63,680 bases of DNA, filler included, from Reticulomyxa filosa (GCA_000512085.1; 19 parts of 19 records of this genome joined end to end with filler, not necessarily neighbours in it); one strand, 5' to 3'. Counted from the first letter of the whole stretch, positions 37,866 to 50,765 are shown. Notes: generated by a model from the sequence alone, not told the origin. Numbers and translations: made by a program.

Positions 37866-38950
37866 TAACAATAATAATAATAATAACAATAATAATAATG
37901 GGACCACTAATAACACACATCAAAGTAACAATGAAAACAATAACAAAAAGAAAAACTTGCATCAAAAAGATCCAAGCTCATTGACAGTGAAGGAAATACG
38001 GCAACTTCAAATCCAAATCGAACAGATGCAAAGTGAGAAGGATCAGCTTGTGGATGAATTGGAAATTCGGTCCACGCAGATCGAGCAGTTGGAGGAAAAC
38101 TTCAAAATGCTCAGCGACACGTCGCGCTCTATCGCCACCAAGGCCATGGAACAAGAGCAACAGGTCGTGGAGTTGAAAGAGGCCCTGGACTTGAAAACGC
38201 GACAATTAAATTTATATCGCCAACAAAACCAAGACGGACCCGACCAGCAGCCTGTCCAAGTCTCTGCTAGCCTTTGAATACATATACATATACATATATA
38301 TATATATTTTTTTTTTTGAGTTGTTTATTTCAGAATGCAACAAATGAGGAGTGATAGTGGAGGGAAATATTTACGTAAATATATATATATATTTTTTAAA
38401 AAGGGGTAACTTAAAAAAAAAAATGACAACTTGCGAAAAGGGGATCGATTGCAAAAAAAGTTGTCAAACTTTTAAAAAGGACTATAAGTAATAAAAAAAA
38501 AAAAAAACATTCTATTGCTAATTGATCCATTTTTTTTTTTTTTTTTTTGCAAAGGGATGGACGAAGATGGCTGTCATAACAATAAGAATACGCACACACA
38601 CACAAAGCATAAACATAAACAAATATAAATACAATTACACACGCACATTGGCGCATACACGCATAATCCAATAGGAAACGCAACTCAACACTGTGCTTTT
38701 GCCCGTTCACTTGCGGCCGAAATTTAGTGAGTTTTTGCAAAAACTGCTATCGTATCAACGCCAACATTTTGCACAGGCATTGAACAACTTTGTCCAAAGT
38801 ATCGACCAAAAGTCGTTGCCAAGCAATATCACCACACAGCACATCCTTGCAGAAATGATGAAAATTGGAAACAATTTGACCAAAGATTATGTCAGCGAAT
38901 TGGAATTGCGATTAAATGGATCATTTGAAATTCAACCAAAGCCAATTGTT
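37866..38950 (+). CDS. Hypothetical protein fragments: coiled-coil exon (to 38277) and a helical exon (about 38693-38950); may be two genes
   Basis: IRQLQIQIEQMQSEKDQLVDELE..LKEALDLKTRQL heptads; second coding-like exon followed by a (TA)n intron. Confidence 0.45.
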
Positions 38951-39097
38951 TACATATACATATACACATATATGTATATATGTATATGTATACATATATG
39001 TATATATATAAATATATATATATATAATTTATATGATGTATATACATACATTTTGATCATAAAAAAATATAACCAGTGTATACCAATATCCGAATAA

Positions 39098-39172
39098 CGG
39101 AATTCAAACCCTTTCGGTTCCAACGTTGGAACCGAAAGGGTTTGAATTCCGGGTTTTTTAAAAACCCGGAAT
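39098..39172. other. 454 GS FLX paired-end hairpin adaptor/linker contamination
   Basis: GAATTCAAACCCTTTCGGTTCCAAC|GTTGGAACCGAAAGGGTTTGAATTC consists of the two halves of the known FLX linker, followed by the CGGGTTTTT..AAAAACCCGG hairpin, at a contig end. Confidence 0.92.
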
Positions 39173-39409
39173 NNNNNNNNNNNNNNNNNNNNNNNNNNNN
39201 NNNNNNNNNNNNNNNNTTAATTAATTAANNNNNNNNNNNNNNNNNNNNNNNNNNNNNNNNNNNNNNNNNNNNAGATCATAAATGTCGATATAATGTCTAA
39301 AAAAATAAGTCTTCTTTTAAAAAAAATTAAAAAATATAATATATCATTGATTTAATTTTAATTTTTCAATATTACTTGTTGAATTAATTGTTTTATTTTT
39401 TGTAAAAAT

Positions 39410-40555
39410 GAGTTGTTATCCCCCCCCATAACCGAATTGTTTCATCGTTAGCAGATAAAATAAAGTAGTCACCAGCTGTTGAATATCACATAAATATGAC
39501 ACATCCAGAATATTTGCTCAATCTTTGGATTTCCTGTCCAGTGATTATATCCCATAACCTGATATTATCATAAGAGCATGACAAAAGATAACATAAAATA
39601 TGCATCCATTATAGCATCTGTATAACCTGTGAAGATTTGTAATTCTGTCCCTGACTCAGTATTCAACAATCGAATAGTTTGATCATCCGAATAGGACATA
39701 ATGAGACGATCATCTGGAGAAAATTTGGCTCCTGTCACATAATTGGTATGTCCTGATCTGACATCCCACAGTCGAACTGTTTTATCCTCTGAACAAGACA
39801 AAAGAGTTTGACCATCTGATGAAAATTGTACTCCATTCACAACTGAAGTGTGTCCTTTCAATACATTGATTGATTGTTTTTGAGTTAACATCCCACAATC
39901 GAATTGTTTTGTCAGCAGAGCAGGAGGCAATGCTACGACCATCAGGTGAAAACACAGTCGATACGATAAAGTGTACATGGCCTTGAAATTTTATTACACA
40001 TCCATCATGTGTCAAATCCCATATCTTGAGCTTTTCATCACTTGTGAGAAATACAATGGAGGAGCCATCTGGTGCAAAGCGTATACACTCAGCTTTTGCA
40101 ACAATTTGGCAGTGCTTACATTACATAATCGAATCGTTCCATCATATGAACTCGATACAATTCTCTGTTCATCTGCTGAAAAATGAATATCTGCTATCAT
40201 GTCTACATGTCCTTTCATTTTTTTCAATTCTTTTCCTGATTCCACATCCCATATTTAGATCTTTTGATTTTCTTTGGACAAAAAAGTTTTGCCATCTGGT
40301 GAAAATTTTATCAACGTCAAAAATTTTTAATAGTCGAAAATATTTGGTCTTTTTTATCAATGCATCATCATTGATATTGATATCATATATACAAACAAAA
40401 AACAAAACAACGCAACATATTTTGCAATAAGTTGATCAAATTCTCTAATCCATCCTAAATAAATTAATGCTATTTGAATCCAATTTTCCAAAACAATTGC
40501 AATTATTTCATCAGTCTGTTTTGTTGTTTGTTGTGTTTGCTGTCTTGTTTTCATA
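39410..40555 (-). pseudogene. WD40-repeat pseudogene of an expanded lineage-specific family
   Basis: N-terminal W.R/LGWIREFDQLIAKY leader, then repeats GH..V....FSPDG..I.SCS.DKTIRLWDV switching between frames. Multi-codon deletions (e.g. DVRSG|HTNY). Ends TIRLWG. Confidence 0.85.
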
Positions 40556-40915
40556 TGTGTGTGTGTGTAAATGTGTGATATCAACTAAATAGTTCATAAT
40601 GTTATTACCAAGTGTGGCGTTTCCCATTCTTTGTTCAGGTACTAATACAAAATCTATCCCGAAGAAAGCGCTCGATCTCTCTGTCCACCTCGAATCATCT
40701 TTGAACTTTTTATAAAACAATAAAACACAATCATTTTTTTTTGAATATTACATTCCACATCTCCAACCCAAAATTATGTATCAAAACGAAACCTTTTACG
40801 TTTATAATGTAAATANNNNNNNNNNNNNNNNNNNNNNNNNNNNNNNNNNNNNNNNNNNNTTAATTAATTAANNNNNNNNNNNNNNNNNNNNNNNNNNNNN
40901 NNNNNNNNNNNNNNN

Positions 40916-41292
40916 AAAAGTCGTTTCACGTGCAAGAGCAAGTTTCTTTGTAACTGCTTCGTTGAAACAACTAAGCCATTGACGCTTTTGGACTTGGCCT
41001 TTGCACACGGCCACGAAGGACTCGATGGACGAGCGGATCTGGAAGCACATTTCGCCGTAGCGATTGAGATAGTAGTTGTAATCGTCGGTGATTTCCAGCA
41101 TATCGGACGCACCAAAGCATTCGTCCACGGGAAGTTGTTGTTTGATCCGCAAATAGCCATTGACGACATCGTTTTGGTCGGGACGCGGACTTCTGCTGGT
41201 TATGAGGCCAACGATATTCGATAGCGCAGACCCACTGGTTGTGTTTCGAGGTTGTTGACGCTTTTTTTTTTTTTTTTTTAACTTATAAATAC

Positions 41293-41338
<46 letters not shown>

Positions 41339-41930
41339 AATCGAGTCTTGTATAAAGATAAACTTTGGGTGTACAAGTTCTTCTATACTCCTCGGCCAAC
41401 TCTTGATATTTATCCAACGGATCAAACTTGGCAGTGATTTCGGTAAGATTTTCGTCGACGACCTTGGCGATGATGAACATGTCGTTGAAGAGGATCATGT
41501 AGAAGCTGCGATCCTTTTCATTGAGCCCGGCCACTTTCAAAAGAAACCCACTTCGAATCACTCTGCGATGTTTTTTGACAAACGTGTCGTAGACAAAGTC
41601 GCTTCGCAGAGTAGACGAAGACGCAGGCGAATGGAACACGACGTCCTCGTTGGCTTGCGTGGGACTGGCCGAGCTGGAGCTGTAATCCGACATTGTCACG
41701 CGCAAGTCGTTGTAACTCATCAGATTGCTGTTGCTGCTGTTGCTATTCAGCGTCAGCGTGCCCACCGTGGTCAAGTCGTTGCCATAGTCCACCAGCGCTC
41801 GATGTGAGCTATTGTCGTCTCTCATGTCGTCGTTCTCCGCTTTCAACGACATGTCAAAGTTGTTCGACTTGCGTTTGTACGCTTCGACCGTCGAGGCTTT
41901 CATCGGATCCATTTTGTCGAACCGGCCTAA
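40916..41930 (-). CDS. PH-domain protein fragment (DH-PH RhoGEF-type PH), 2 exons
   Basis: RRVIRSGFLLKV..RSFYMILFNDMFIIAK ... CFQIRSSIESFVAVC..QVQKRQWLSCFNEAV. Confidence 0.75.
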
Positions 41931-41960
41931 TCGAAAACGGCAATCGTATTTGCTGACCTT

Positions 41961-41991
<31 letters not shown>

Positions 41992-44872
41992 GCATATACA
42001 TATANNNNNNNNNNNNNNNNNNNNNNNNNNNNNNNNNNNNNNNNNNNNTTAATTAATTAANNNNNNNNNNNNNNNNNNNNNNNNNNNNNNNNNNNNNNNN
42101 NNNNCAATATCAAAATTTGATGGGATATCAATACTCAAAGTCCTTTTTGATTACATGTTTAACTCTTTCTTCTGTTAAATATATTTTAATAAAATTTTAT
42201 ATTCAAGTGTTAAAAACTTTGAATGTTGCAGTATTAATTGAATCTTTTCTTTTTATTTTTTTCAGATAGACTTAGTACTGTGAATCAATGCGAATATGAT
42301 GCATTTTGAAATTCTAATTTTACAAAATATTTTTTTCACTGTAAAAAAAAAGTCGAAGGACGAGCTTTTTTCCCTTTTTTTTTAGCTGTTCCACGTCGTT
42401 GCTGTCCAAGGTTGCCAGTCGATGGATTAATGTTGGTCCGATGTCGATATCGTTTCGCTCAAGTTAAAACACTCGTTTATCATCTTGTTTTTTTGTTTTG
42501 TTTTGAGGGGCAAAAGTTTGGAGCATAATAAAACGTCAAGCTAAATAAAATAGGATCGAATGTTGGATTTATGCAGTGTGGATTGTTATTTATAATTCCG
42601 GTATTATTTTGGTATGGCAGATTTGTGGCATTGAAGTGGTATTCCTGTTTTGGTGGAGCCATTAGTCAGCCGTGAGTATTATATATACGTCTGCTACGAT
42701 TGCGATAAATAGTAGCAGCATAGCGTGCGTAGGCAGGCCGATGATCGAAAGCAAAATAGGACCACGTCGACGACCACGACATTATTGTCCAAGTTTTGCA
42801 CAAAGTATCATCGAGCCATTGAGATTGCAGGATTGGTGGAAGAGTCCATCTGAGATGGACGTAGCAAGGCCTCTCCCCTTTGTTACCAGTCGTGAGACTG
42901 TGTCAATCGAGTGGTTGAGACCGATTCATAATGTTACGATGCCTACATCTTCTATCCGGCTGACGACGGTCGTTTATTGCTATCTTCGCATGGTTTTGGA
43001 GTTACTCTTTATTCATTCACATTTTAATTCATATCTTTTTTTTATCAATCATAACAATTTATCTTTTTTTTTCGTAATTAGATTCGTACGTTATTGCTGA
43101 TTGTGGGATCCTGAATACATTGTTGGATATTTTCTTCATTTTTTTTTTTAATCATTATTTCTTCTTGCTTGAGAGTTTGTGTTGTCCTTGCACTTTTCCA
43201 TCTTTTGCAAATTTTCCCTTTTTGCATTTTTTTTTTCTAACTTGTTGTACTTCATTGTACGTTTCTCTTTTTCATTAGCTTTTATTATTTTTTTTTTAAG
43301 AAAATCGCCTTTTTTATATTTGCTATTACTTCGTTTTTTTTTTTAGTACATTTTTTTTTCTGTTGCCGATAACTTTTTGCATTTTTGTTTGTACTTTCAT
43401 TGGTACCCGTTGCTGAGTTTATTGTATGATGGTGATGCTGTGGTATTTGTCCTGTTGCATATCTTATCGTGGGGCTCCTTGTTTTGTTGTTTTTGTCTTG
43501 TGCACGCTTATGTGGACCAGTTTCGATGCAGTATTTGCATCATTTGGAGTCATAATATCCACCAATCCTGCAAATGTGAATAGTCCACTGATGTGGACAA
43601 ACATTATGATGACTCCAGTCGGCGCGATTATATCTATTTCAAAGCCATTTGGCTTGTGACAATAGATATCAACGCGCATTGGGATGCTTTGGCATTCCCA
43701 CTCTATGTGGTCCGCGTTTATTAGAGGATGTGCAAGTGCTCATTTGATAATGTGGCGACTTGACATCCTCTTTATGTGGTCGATTCTAATGTTTAATAAC
43801 GGCCGTCAATATATGAGATGCTTCGCTTTCGTCGAGTTTAGATTATCTTTTTATGATTTATTATTAATAATAATTATTTCTGTGATATTTTATTTGATTA
43901 TGTAATCACACTTGCAAACTTTGGTTTTTTTTGGCTTGTATTTTGAATAGAATAGTATAAACCTGGATATTCGTTGATTATGTTTTGTTTTGTTCTTTTA
44001 ATCTTTTTAAATTAATAAAATTGAAAAATGATCCAACAATATCTTCTTTAGATAAAATCGCACAATATTCTTCAACCATAAATTATTTTTGTGATTCCAA
44101 ATCAGAAATAGCGATGAACTATTCATTACAATTTTTTCTATTGAAACAAATCAATGTATCACAATTTCTCTATTTTTGGAAGGTGAATCTCCAAACGAAT
44201 GAAACATATATATTGCAGACACACATGCTTTTGTAGCTTGTATATTGTCACAGTAGCAAAGAGATATATACCTATATAAATATGCAAGTATACTGCATGC
44301 AAGTGTAAGAGTAAGCGATTAATTGCTCAATCGTATAATGTTTACGGTAGTAGATACACTATACTCTTTTTTTTTTTTGCAGTGACTCCACTTTGCCACC
44401 ATTAGAAAAAGCAGTTTTTGGTTGATTGATGCCAAAGCTGATTCGTACGTTTGTTGCGTGCCAAACTTATACACAAACTGCATTACACAAATGGTGCACG
44501 TGCAACTGTACATTGAATCCATTGCTAGAATGTTCAATTAGGCTAATTGATGTTGTAATATATCGTGTTGTCTTTGTTTTGAAAATATTCCACATGTCGC
44601 ATTTGAATATGCATTTAAATTCTATCATCAAAATTATAAATATCTTGCATTGATTATCATAAAAATTCATCATATTGTTGTTACTTAGTTTTATTTGGGT
44701 CGCGCTCTCCTTGAATGTAAAGTGAGGAATCAATCTCTGACTCTCCTATGCTCTATGCAATATCAAAACAAGNNNNNNNNNNNNNNNNNNNNNNNNNNNN
44801 NNNNNNNNNNNNNNNNTTAATTAATTAANNNNNNNNNNNNNNNNNNNNNNNNNNNNNNNNNNNNNNNNNNNN

Positions 44873-45388
44873 TGTCAACTTACCCAGCTACCCCTTCTAA
44901 TGCTTCAGTTGCTGTAGAAGAATTTCACGGAGGGTAAGCCAGAATAGAACTTTTCACTTTGTAAATACAGTCTATAGCAACAACAGAAAGAGAGAGAGAG
45001 AATGAGGTTGATAAAACAACAAACGAATTGAAAACAAATCAGATGGGGCAAAATCTCTCGCAACCTTCCAACAATTTTCTTGATGGGCGCATTGAAATCT
45101 GGCAAAACTTCGATTGAGCGTGTGGTATTTCACAAGATGGAGCCTCATCAAACACTGTATAACGTCCAATCTACGCGTGAAATACGAATGACATTAATAC
45201 AGTACAACCCCTTGGTCCAATTTCAAATTGTCGATTTTCCAGGGAGTTTTGACTGCAGTGATCCCGATGTAAGGCCAGCCGAGATATTTGCATATTGCAG
45301 TGTACTCGTATTTGTCGTGGATGCACAAGACCGTCCGTACACTGACGCACTCAAATATGTTGTTTCAACAATTGAAATTGCGCATTCA
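44873..45388 (+). CDS. RRAGC: Rag GTPase RagC/D (Gtr2) N-terminal exons; remainder absent
   Basis: (M)STYP..FHGG|WGKISRNLPTIFLMGALKSGKTSIERVVFHKMEPHQTL..ST..FQIVDFPG..VLVFVVDAQD..Y.DAL; intron phase consistent. Confidence 0.9.
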
Positions 45389-45404
45389 GTTTTGTTTTTT
45401 TTGC

Positions 45405-46358
45405 AAATATAAATTTGACCTTTGCATGTACCATAACACAAATTCAAATTATATTCGATATTCTTTTTATCGTTTTTCTTTTTCAAGCTAATAAATTTAA
45501 GACAAAGTATTCCATCATGTTCTTTCTCACTTCCTTTAATTATATGTAATTCATTCTTATTTGTCGAATATCCCAAAAACGAATTGTATTATCAAGTGAT
45601 CCAGAACATACCACATTCGAACTAATAATATTATTCTTTATTATAAATGGTACATATTCAACAGAAAATACATAATCTTTATGTCCATTGAACACTTGAA
45701 TTTGTTTACCAGATCGAATATCCCACAAACGAACACTTTTATCTTTTGATCCAGATAATATTGTATTTAATAATTCACTTGATCAATATTTTAAATTACT
45801 AATCAAATTTTCATGTCCTTTGAATATTATCACATGATCCAGAGCAAATTGTAAATCCATTTCCACCAATCACACCAATATTATTCATTTTATTATTATC
45901 ATCTTTGTTATTACTTTGTGGTGGTGAAATATCAACACAATAAACAATATTTTCATGTACATTGAAAACATGTAATGATTTTGATGTTTCAACATCCCAT
46001 AAACGAATTGTTTTGTCATTAGATCCAGAACACAAATATCTACCACCATTAAATGGTGAAAATTTAACTCCATTAACAATATCAGTGTGTCCATTGAATA
46101 TTTGTAATTGATTATTATGTTTGAAATCCCAAAAACGAATGGTATCGTTAATTGATGAAGAACAAATGACATTTTGACGATGATTATGATAATGATATGA
46201 TGAAAATTTCACAAAATACACTTCGGATGAATTTCATTGAATGATTGAATTTGTTTGTTGTTATCAACATCCCATATACAAAATGTTTTATCATTTGATC
46301 CAGAACAAATGAATTGACAATCATCAAATGTTGAATAATCAATACTCCACACATAGTC
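45405..46358 (-). pseudogene. WD40-repeat paralog, frameshifted, C-terminal part
   Basis: ICSGSNDK, FNGHTDIVNGVKFSPFNGGRYLCSGSNDKTIRLWDVETSKSLHVFN, IGVIGGNGFTICSGS, WDIRSGKQIQVFNGH, LCYG; several frame changes. Confidence 0.85.
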
Positions 46359-46459
46359 NNNNNNNNNNNNNNNNNNNNNNNNNNNNNNNNNNNNNNNNNN
46401 NNTTAATTAATTAANNNNNNNNNNNNNNNNNNNNNNNNNNNNNNNNNNNNNNNNNNNNC

Positions 46460-46498
<39 letters not shown>

Positions 46499-46499
46499 T

Positions 46500-48789
46500 A
46501 ACTTGAAACCACGGGTGTTTTTGAACGTTTTTCGCACCGTGAGGGCCAGTGCCCAATCGTTTGCGTGGTTGCTTTTTCAAGAGACAACACACAATATCTT
46601 GAGCTTCTGACGACACTTTTGAACGTCGTGGAAACTCGGCTTGTGATGTTAAAATCTTTTCAAATATCTGAATATGGGCACTCTCTCGAAATGGTGGCAT
46701 TCCGAACAGCATTTCATAAATGAACACACCAAGAGCCCACCAATCGACAGTTGCTTCTTGTCGCAGCGACTGGATGGTTTCCGGTGCCAAATACTCTGCT
46801 GTTCCGCACAAAGAGCAGGATCTTTAACCATAGAATATTTTGCAAACAGTCACATAAGTTGTGTTTCAATGTATACGTATATCCCTACGAATAATGTATA
46901 TGTGATAGAAATAAATAAATCTATATTATATACATATATACATATATGCATATATATATATATATACATATATATATATGTATATATGTATATATGAACT
47001 CGTCTTGTTGTTTGGCAAAACCAAAGTCAATCAATTTGCAATAGCCATTGCTTGACAACAAGAGATTTTCGGGTTTTAAATCGCGAAAGATGAGTTTTTT
47101 GCTGTGAATGTATTCGAAAGCACAGATGACACAACAGGCATAAAAGCGTGCGACCGGCTCTTCAAACTTGCGGTTGTAACGCAGCAAATAGAACAGCTCT
47201 CCGCCCAAGATGGACTCCATGAGGAGATAAACGTGAAGGTTGTCTTGATAGGTTGCGTAAAGGCGAACACAAAAGTCGTGATCGAGAAGCGACAAGATCC
47301 TGCGTTCGTTTTGGATATGTTTTTGTTGGCCAACGTCGACCACTTGATTTTTGCGAATTTTTTTGAGGGAATAGGTATGTCCAGTGGTGGGATCTTCGAC
47401 CAAGGAGACGACGCCAAAGGCGCCTTTGCCGAGGACGCCAAGATGTGTCAAGTCTTTTAAAGTACAGTTGATGCGATTGACAAAGGTGGAGGGAAGTGGG
47501 ATTACCTTATTATTGTTGTTGATGATGCCCAGACGTTTTTCGATTTCATCTTCTTTGAAGCCTAAGCTCGATTCAGTTTTGCTTTCTTCGAGAGTGTAGC
47601 TGTCCTCTTCCACCGTGGCAACATTGGGTGCACTGTCCAACTTATCAAGTTCGTGGACAATGCGTTGGAAATCGCTGGCCTTCAAAGCGTAGCATTTGAG
47701 CATGTGCGAAGTCACTTTGATGGTAAGTTGTTGAGTGTGATTGTGTTCGATTTCCTTATCTCCGAAATAGCTCGGCGTCGATCGTTTCGGCTTGAATCGT
47801 TTGACCACAATCTCTTTGCATTTTTTGGGATCGAAGCGCAGACCCTCGGCGGTGCCGCTGACAATGATTTGAAAGAAGGTAACACTCTCCCCTTCTGTCG
47901 TGATCTTGTCGCCTTGGTAGTAATTGAAGCAGCGCAGCTTGCCATAGATCTGCAGCAATTGCGCCATGGAGCAGTTTTTGAATGGCGGAATCGACTGCAA
48001 CATGCGCAGCTTTTTGGCGCGCTTTTCCTTAATTTGCGTGAATACCGTGACGTCCAAGACCCACATGCGACAATTGTCCAAAGCCTCGATGGTGCACGTG
48101 CGATCCGTCCCGTATAACAGCGCCTTTTCGCCAAAGCTGGACTCGCAATCGTAAATCTTGCTATTGCGTGAACGAGCCCATGCTTCATGCTTATTGTAAT
48201 CTTTCACGTCCACGTGACCTCGAAGACTCCCGCGCTCGACCACAAAGAACGCGTGATTGGGCTCTCCGCTTGACATCACGCGCTGTCCTTGACGCAGGTC
48301 GATACTGTACATCCAATTCACCACTTTTTCAATCATCTTGCTGTTGAAATCTTGAAACAGCAAATTGCGGGATAACACGCGGTGCAAAAACTTGAACGTC
48401 TTGCTCGACTTTTCGTACACCTTGCTCGCGACGTGGCGCAAATGATACGACTCCACTCTTTGCACTGGGCTTTGATAGAAGCTCTCCTTCTTCCTAAAGT
48501 TGATCGACGGCGAGAGAATACCCTCCTTCTCCAATGGCAGTTCCTCCACATCCAACTCATGCACTAGTCCTGTCTCACCTTCTTTCTCTTTTTCTCTCTC
48601 TTCATTATCCATATCTGGCTCTTCTCCTACCCCTACTCCTCCTCCTTCTTTTCGCACACTCCGTTCTTTCTTTTGCGTGCGAGAGGTGGAGTGAGAGCGT
48701 GACGAAGGAGAAAGAGACCCTTGTCGGAGTGCATTCTTGTGATAGGATATGATCTTCTTTTGGCTCTGGCTCTTGCTTTTGCTTTTGCT
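46500..48789 (-). CDS. PKG: cGMP-dependent protein kinase (two cNMP-binding domains + AGC kinase), partial at both ends
   Basis: cNMP-A FFVVERG..FGEKALLYGTDRTCTIEA; second, degenerate cNMP domain; kinase LGKGAFGVV, KKIRK, HIQNER, GGELF, ARFYA, RDLKPEN, DFGFAK|SLCGTAEYLAPE, DWWALG, KRLG..HPWF. Confidence 0.92.
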
Positions 48790-49309
48790 NNNNNNNNNNN
48801 NNNNNNNNNNNNNNNNNNNNNNNNNNNNNNNNNTTAATTAATTAANNNNNNNNNNNNNNNNNNNNNNNNNNNNNNNNNNNNNNNNNNNNTTTTGTGTGTG
48901 TTATCAATTACAGCCTCAACCCTCCATCAAAAAGTGATAAAAAATTATACGTTCACCTCCCTTCCAATAAAAACTTGGGGTTGAAGCCAAACCCGCATTC
49001 CAAAATAAAAAAAAGAGTTTGCATTTTTTTTGTTTTATTTTTTATTTTTCTTAATAAAAAATATGTTTGTATTTGTGAATAGGCATGCCCCCATCAAAAA
49101 AATGTATACGTCCCCCCCCCTGTGCAAAAGAAAAAAAAATTATAGAAAAGTTGAAATTAGAGCTTTTAGCTCCAAGCCAAAAGTAAGTTTTTTTTTTGTT
49201 TTTTTTTGAATGAAAAAATGTTATTTTGTGATTGTGCAAATAGGAGCCTAGATCAAAACAATTTTGGAAAGTTTTTTGTATTTTTTTATGTTTTATTTAT
49301 ATTTATATT

Positions 49310-49660
49310 TGAGATGAGAGGGATAGGGAAATTGGGGAAAATAAAAAGTAGTGAAAATTGGGGAATAAAAAGATAGTGAAAATTAGAAAAAATAAAAAAG
49401 TAGGGAATAAGTTGAAAAATGGGTGGGAAAAAATGAAAGAAAAAAAATAAATTTGAAAAAAGATAGAAAAAAAGTGATTGGAAAAAAGAGGAAAAAATTG
49501 ATTGAAAAAAGATAAAAAAATAAATTGAAAAATTTTATTTAAGAAAATTGAAAAAAATTTTAAAAAAGAATGAAAAAATAAAGAAGAGAAAAGATTGAAA
49601 AATAGAAAAAAAGAAGAAAAATGTAAAAGGGGGAAGGGGTGGAAATGAAAAAGAAAAGCG
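49310..49660. repeat. Purine-rich (A/G) low-complexity tract with degenerate AAAATTG-type repeats
   Basis: Almost no C on the + strand over about 350 bp. Confidence 0.8.
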
Positions 49661-49699
49661 CGACGATCGTGTACGTGCGCAAGTTCGCAGCTTTGGCTT

Positions 49700-50765
49700 C
49701 CAATCGTTAGTGTGCTGCTGATATTAGGACTTGTTGGTGCGGCCGGATAGCAAAAGCAAGAACGCCAAGAAGAAAAAAAAAGTTGTGCTATCGTGCAAAG
49801 TATTGGAGAAGTCAAGACAACGGCCAGCAAGAAAAGGACTATGAGGAGTAGCAGAAGAAAGAAAACCACGACGTCAGATCGAGTTGGATTTGTTAAAAAA
49901 AATCACAAGCATTTCTGAGTTTTATTATAGAAATTGACAGTTATCTCTGAAACACGCAAAGTCGCCACTCGCAGGCGTGAAATAACTTCACATATCATAC
50001 TTCAATGGAAGATTTATAATGAGTGTGCCAATATATATCATTAGCAAGAACTTGCTCGACATCAACATCAGCGCACAAATATTTGCGAATAATTCTTAAC
50101 TTGTACATCACCAAAGATTGTGCTGAACTGATCTGCAGGCGCCAAAAAAGAAGATAAACCCAATTGTTATGGAAATTACGCTAATTTTATTAGCACAAAA
50201 AAAACAATAGAAAACTTTCGTGTGCCCATTTTCGTGACTTTGAATTTTTAATGGTGAGTATGCTGCTGATGTGAGGAACCATTGGCGACGACAGAGGCGA
50301 AAGCAAATTCACAAATAAGAAAAAAAAGTGGTGATATCATGCAAAGTGGTGGAGGATGAGAAATTTGGGTCAAAACACCAGCAAAAAGAGAAAGATGAGG
50401 AGAAGGAGGGTAAGTACGTATCGCTTTGAATTTGTTTTTTTTTAAAATAATCAATCTGCTGGTTTTGTTGATCTTGTTTATAGAAACGTTCTTCATCCCT
50501 GGAAACGCGCAAAATCGCCACTTGCGGACGTGGATAACTTCACATATCGCACACTAAAGAAAAATTCTGAACAAGTATGGCAATTTCAAGGAGTGGCAGT
50601 GGAAAGAACGTTTTCCATCAACATGAGTGCACAAAAAGTTTCTGCGGATAATTGTCGGCGCGACAAAGCACTAAAGAAGATGTCCAGCTGCGATCTATCA
50701 GAGCCAATGAACAAGGATCATTTGGTTGTTATGGAAATTGCGCTAATTTTTGTTAACGCAGAGAT
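49700..50765 (+). repeat. Diverged tandem duplication, unit about 550 bp (second copy cut by gap)
   Basis: Paired blocks: tgctgctgat 49712/50261; aaagttgtgctatcgtgcaaag vs aaagtggtgatatcatgcaaag; gtcgccactcgcaggcgtgaaataacttcacatatc vs atcgccacttgcggacgtggataacttcacatatc; gttatggaaattacgctaatttt vs gttatggaaattgcgctaatttt. Confidence 0.8.

Noticed and set aside
49303-49869. 188-aa Phe-rich ORF
   Set aside because: Antisense reading of a purine-rich low-complexity tract.
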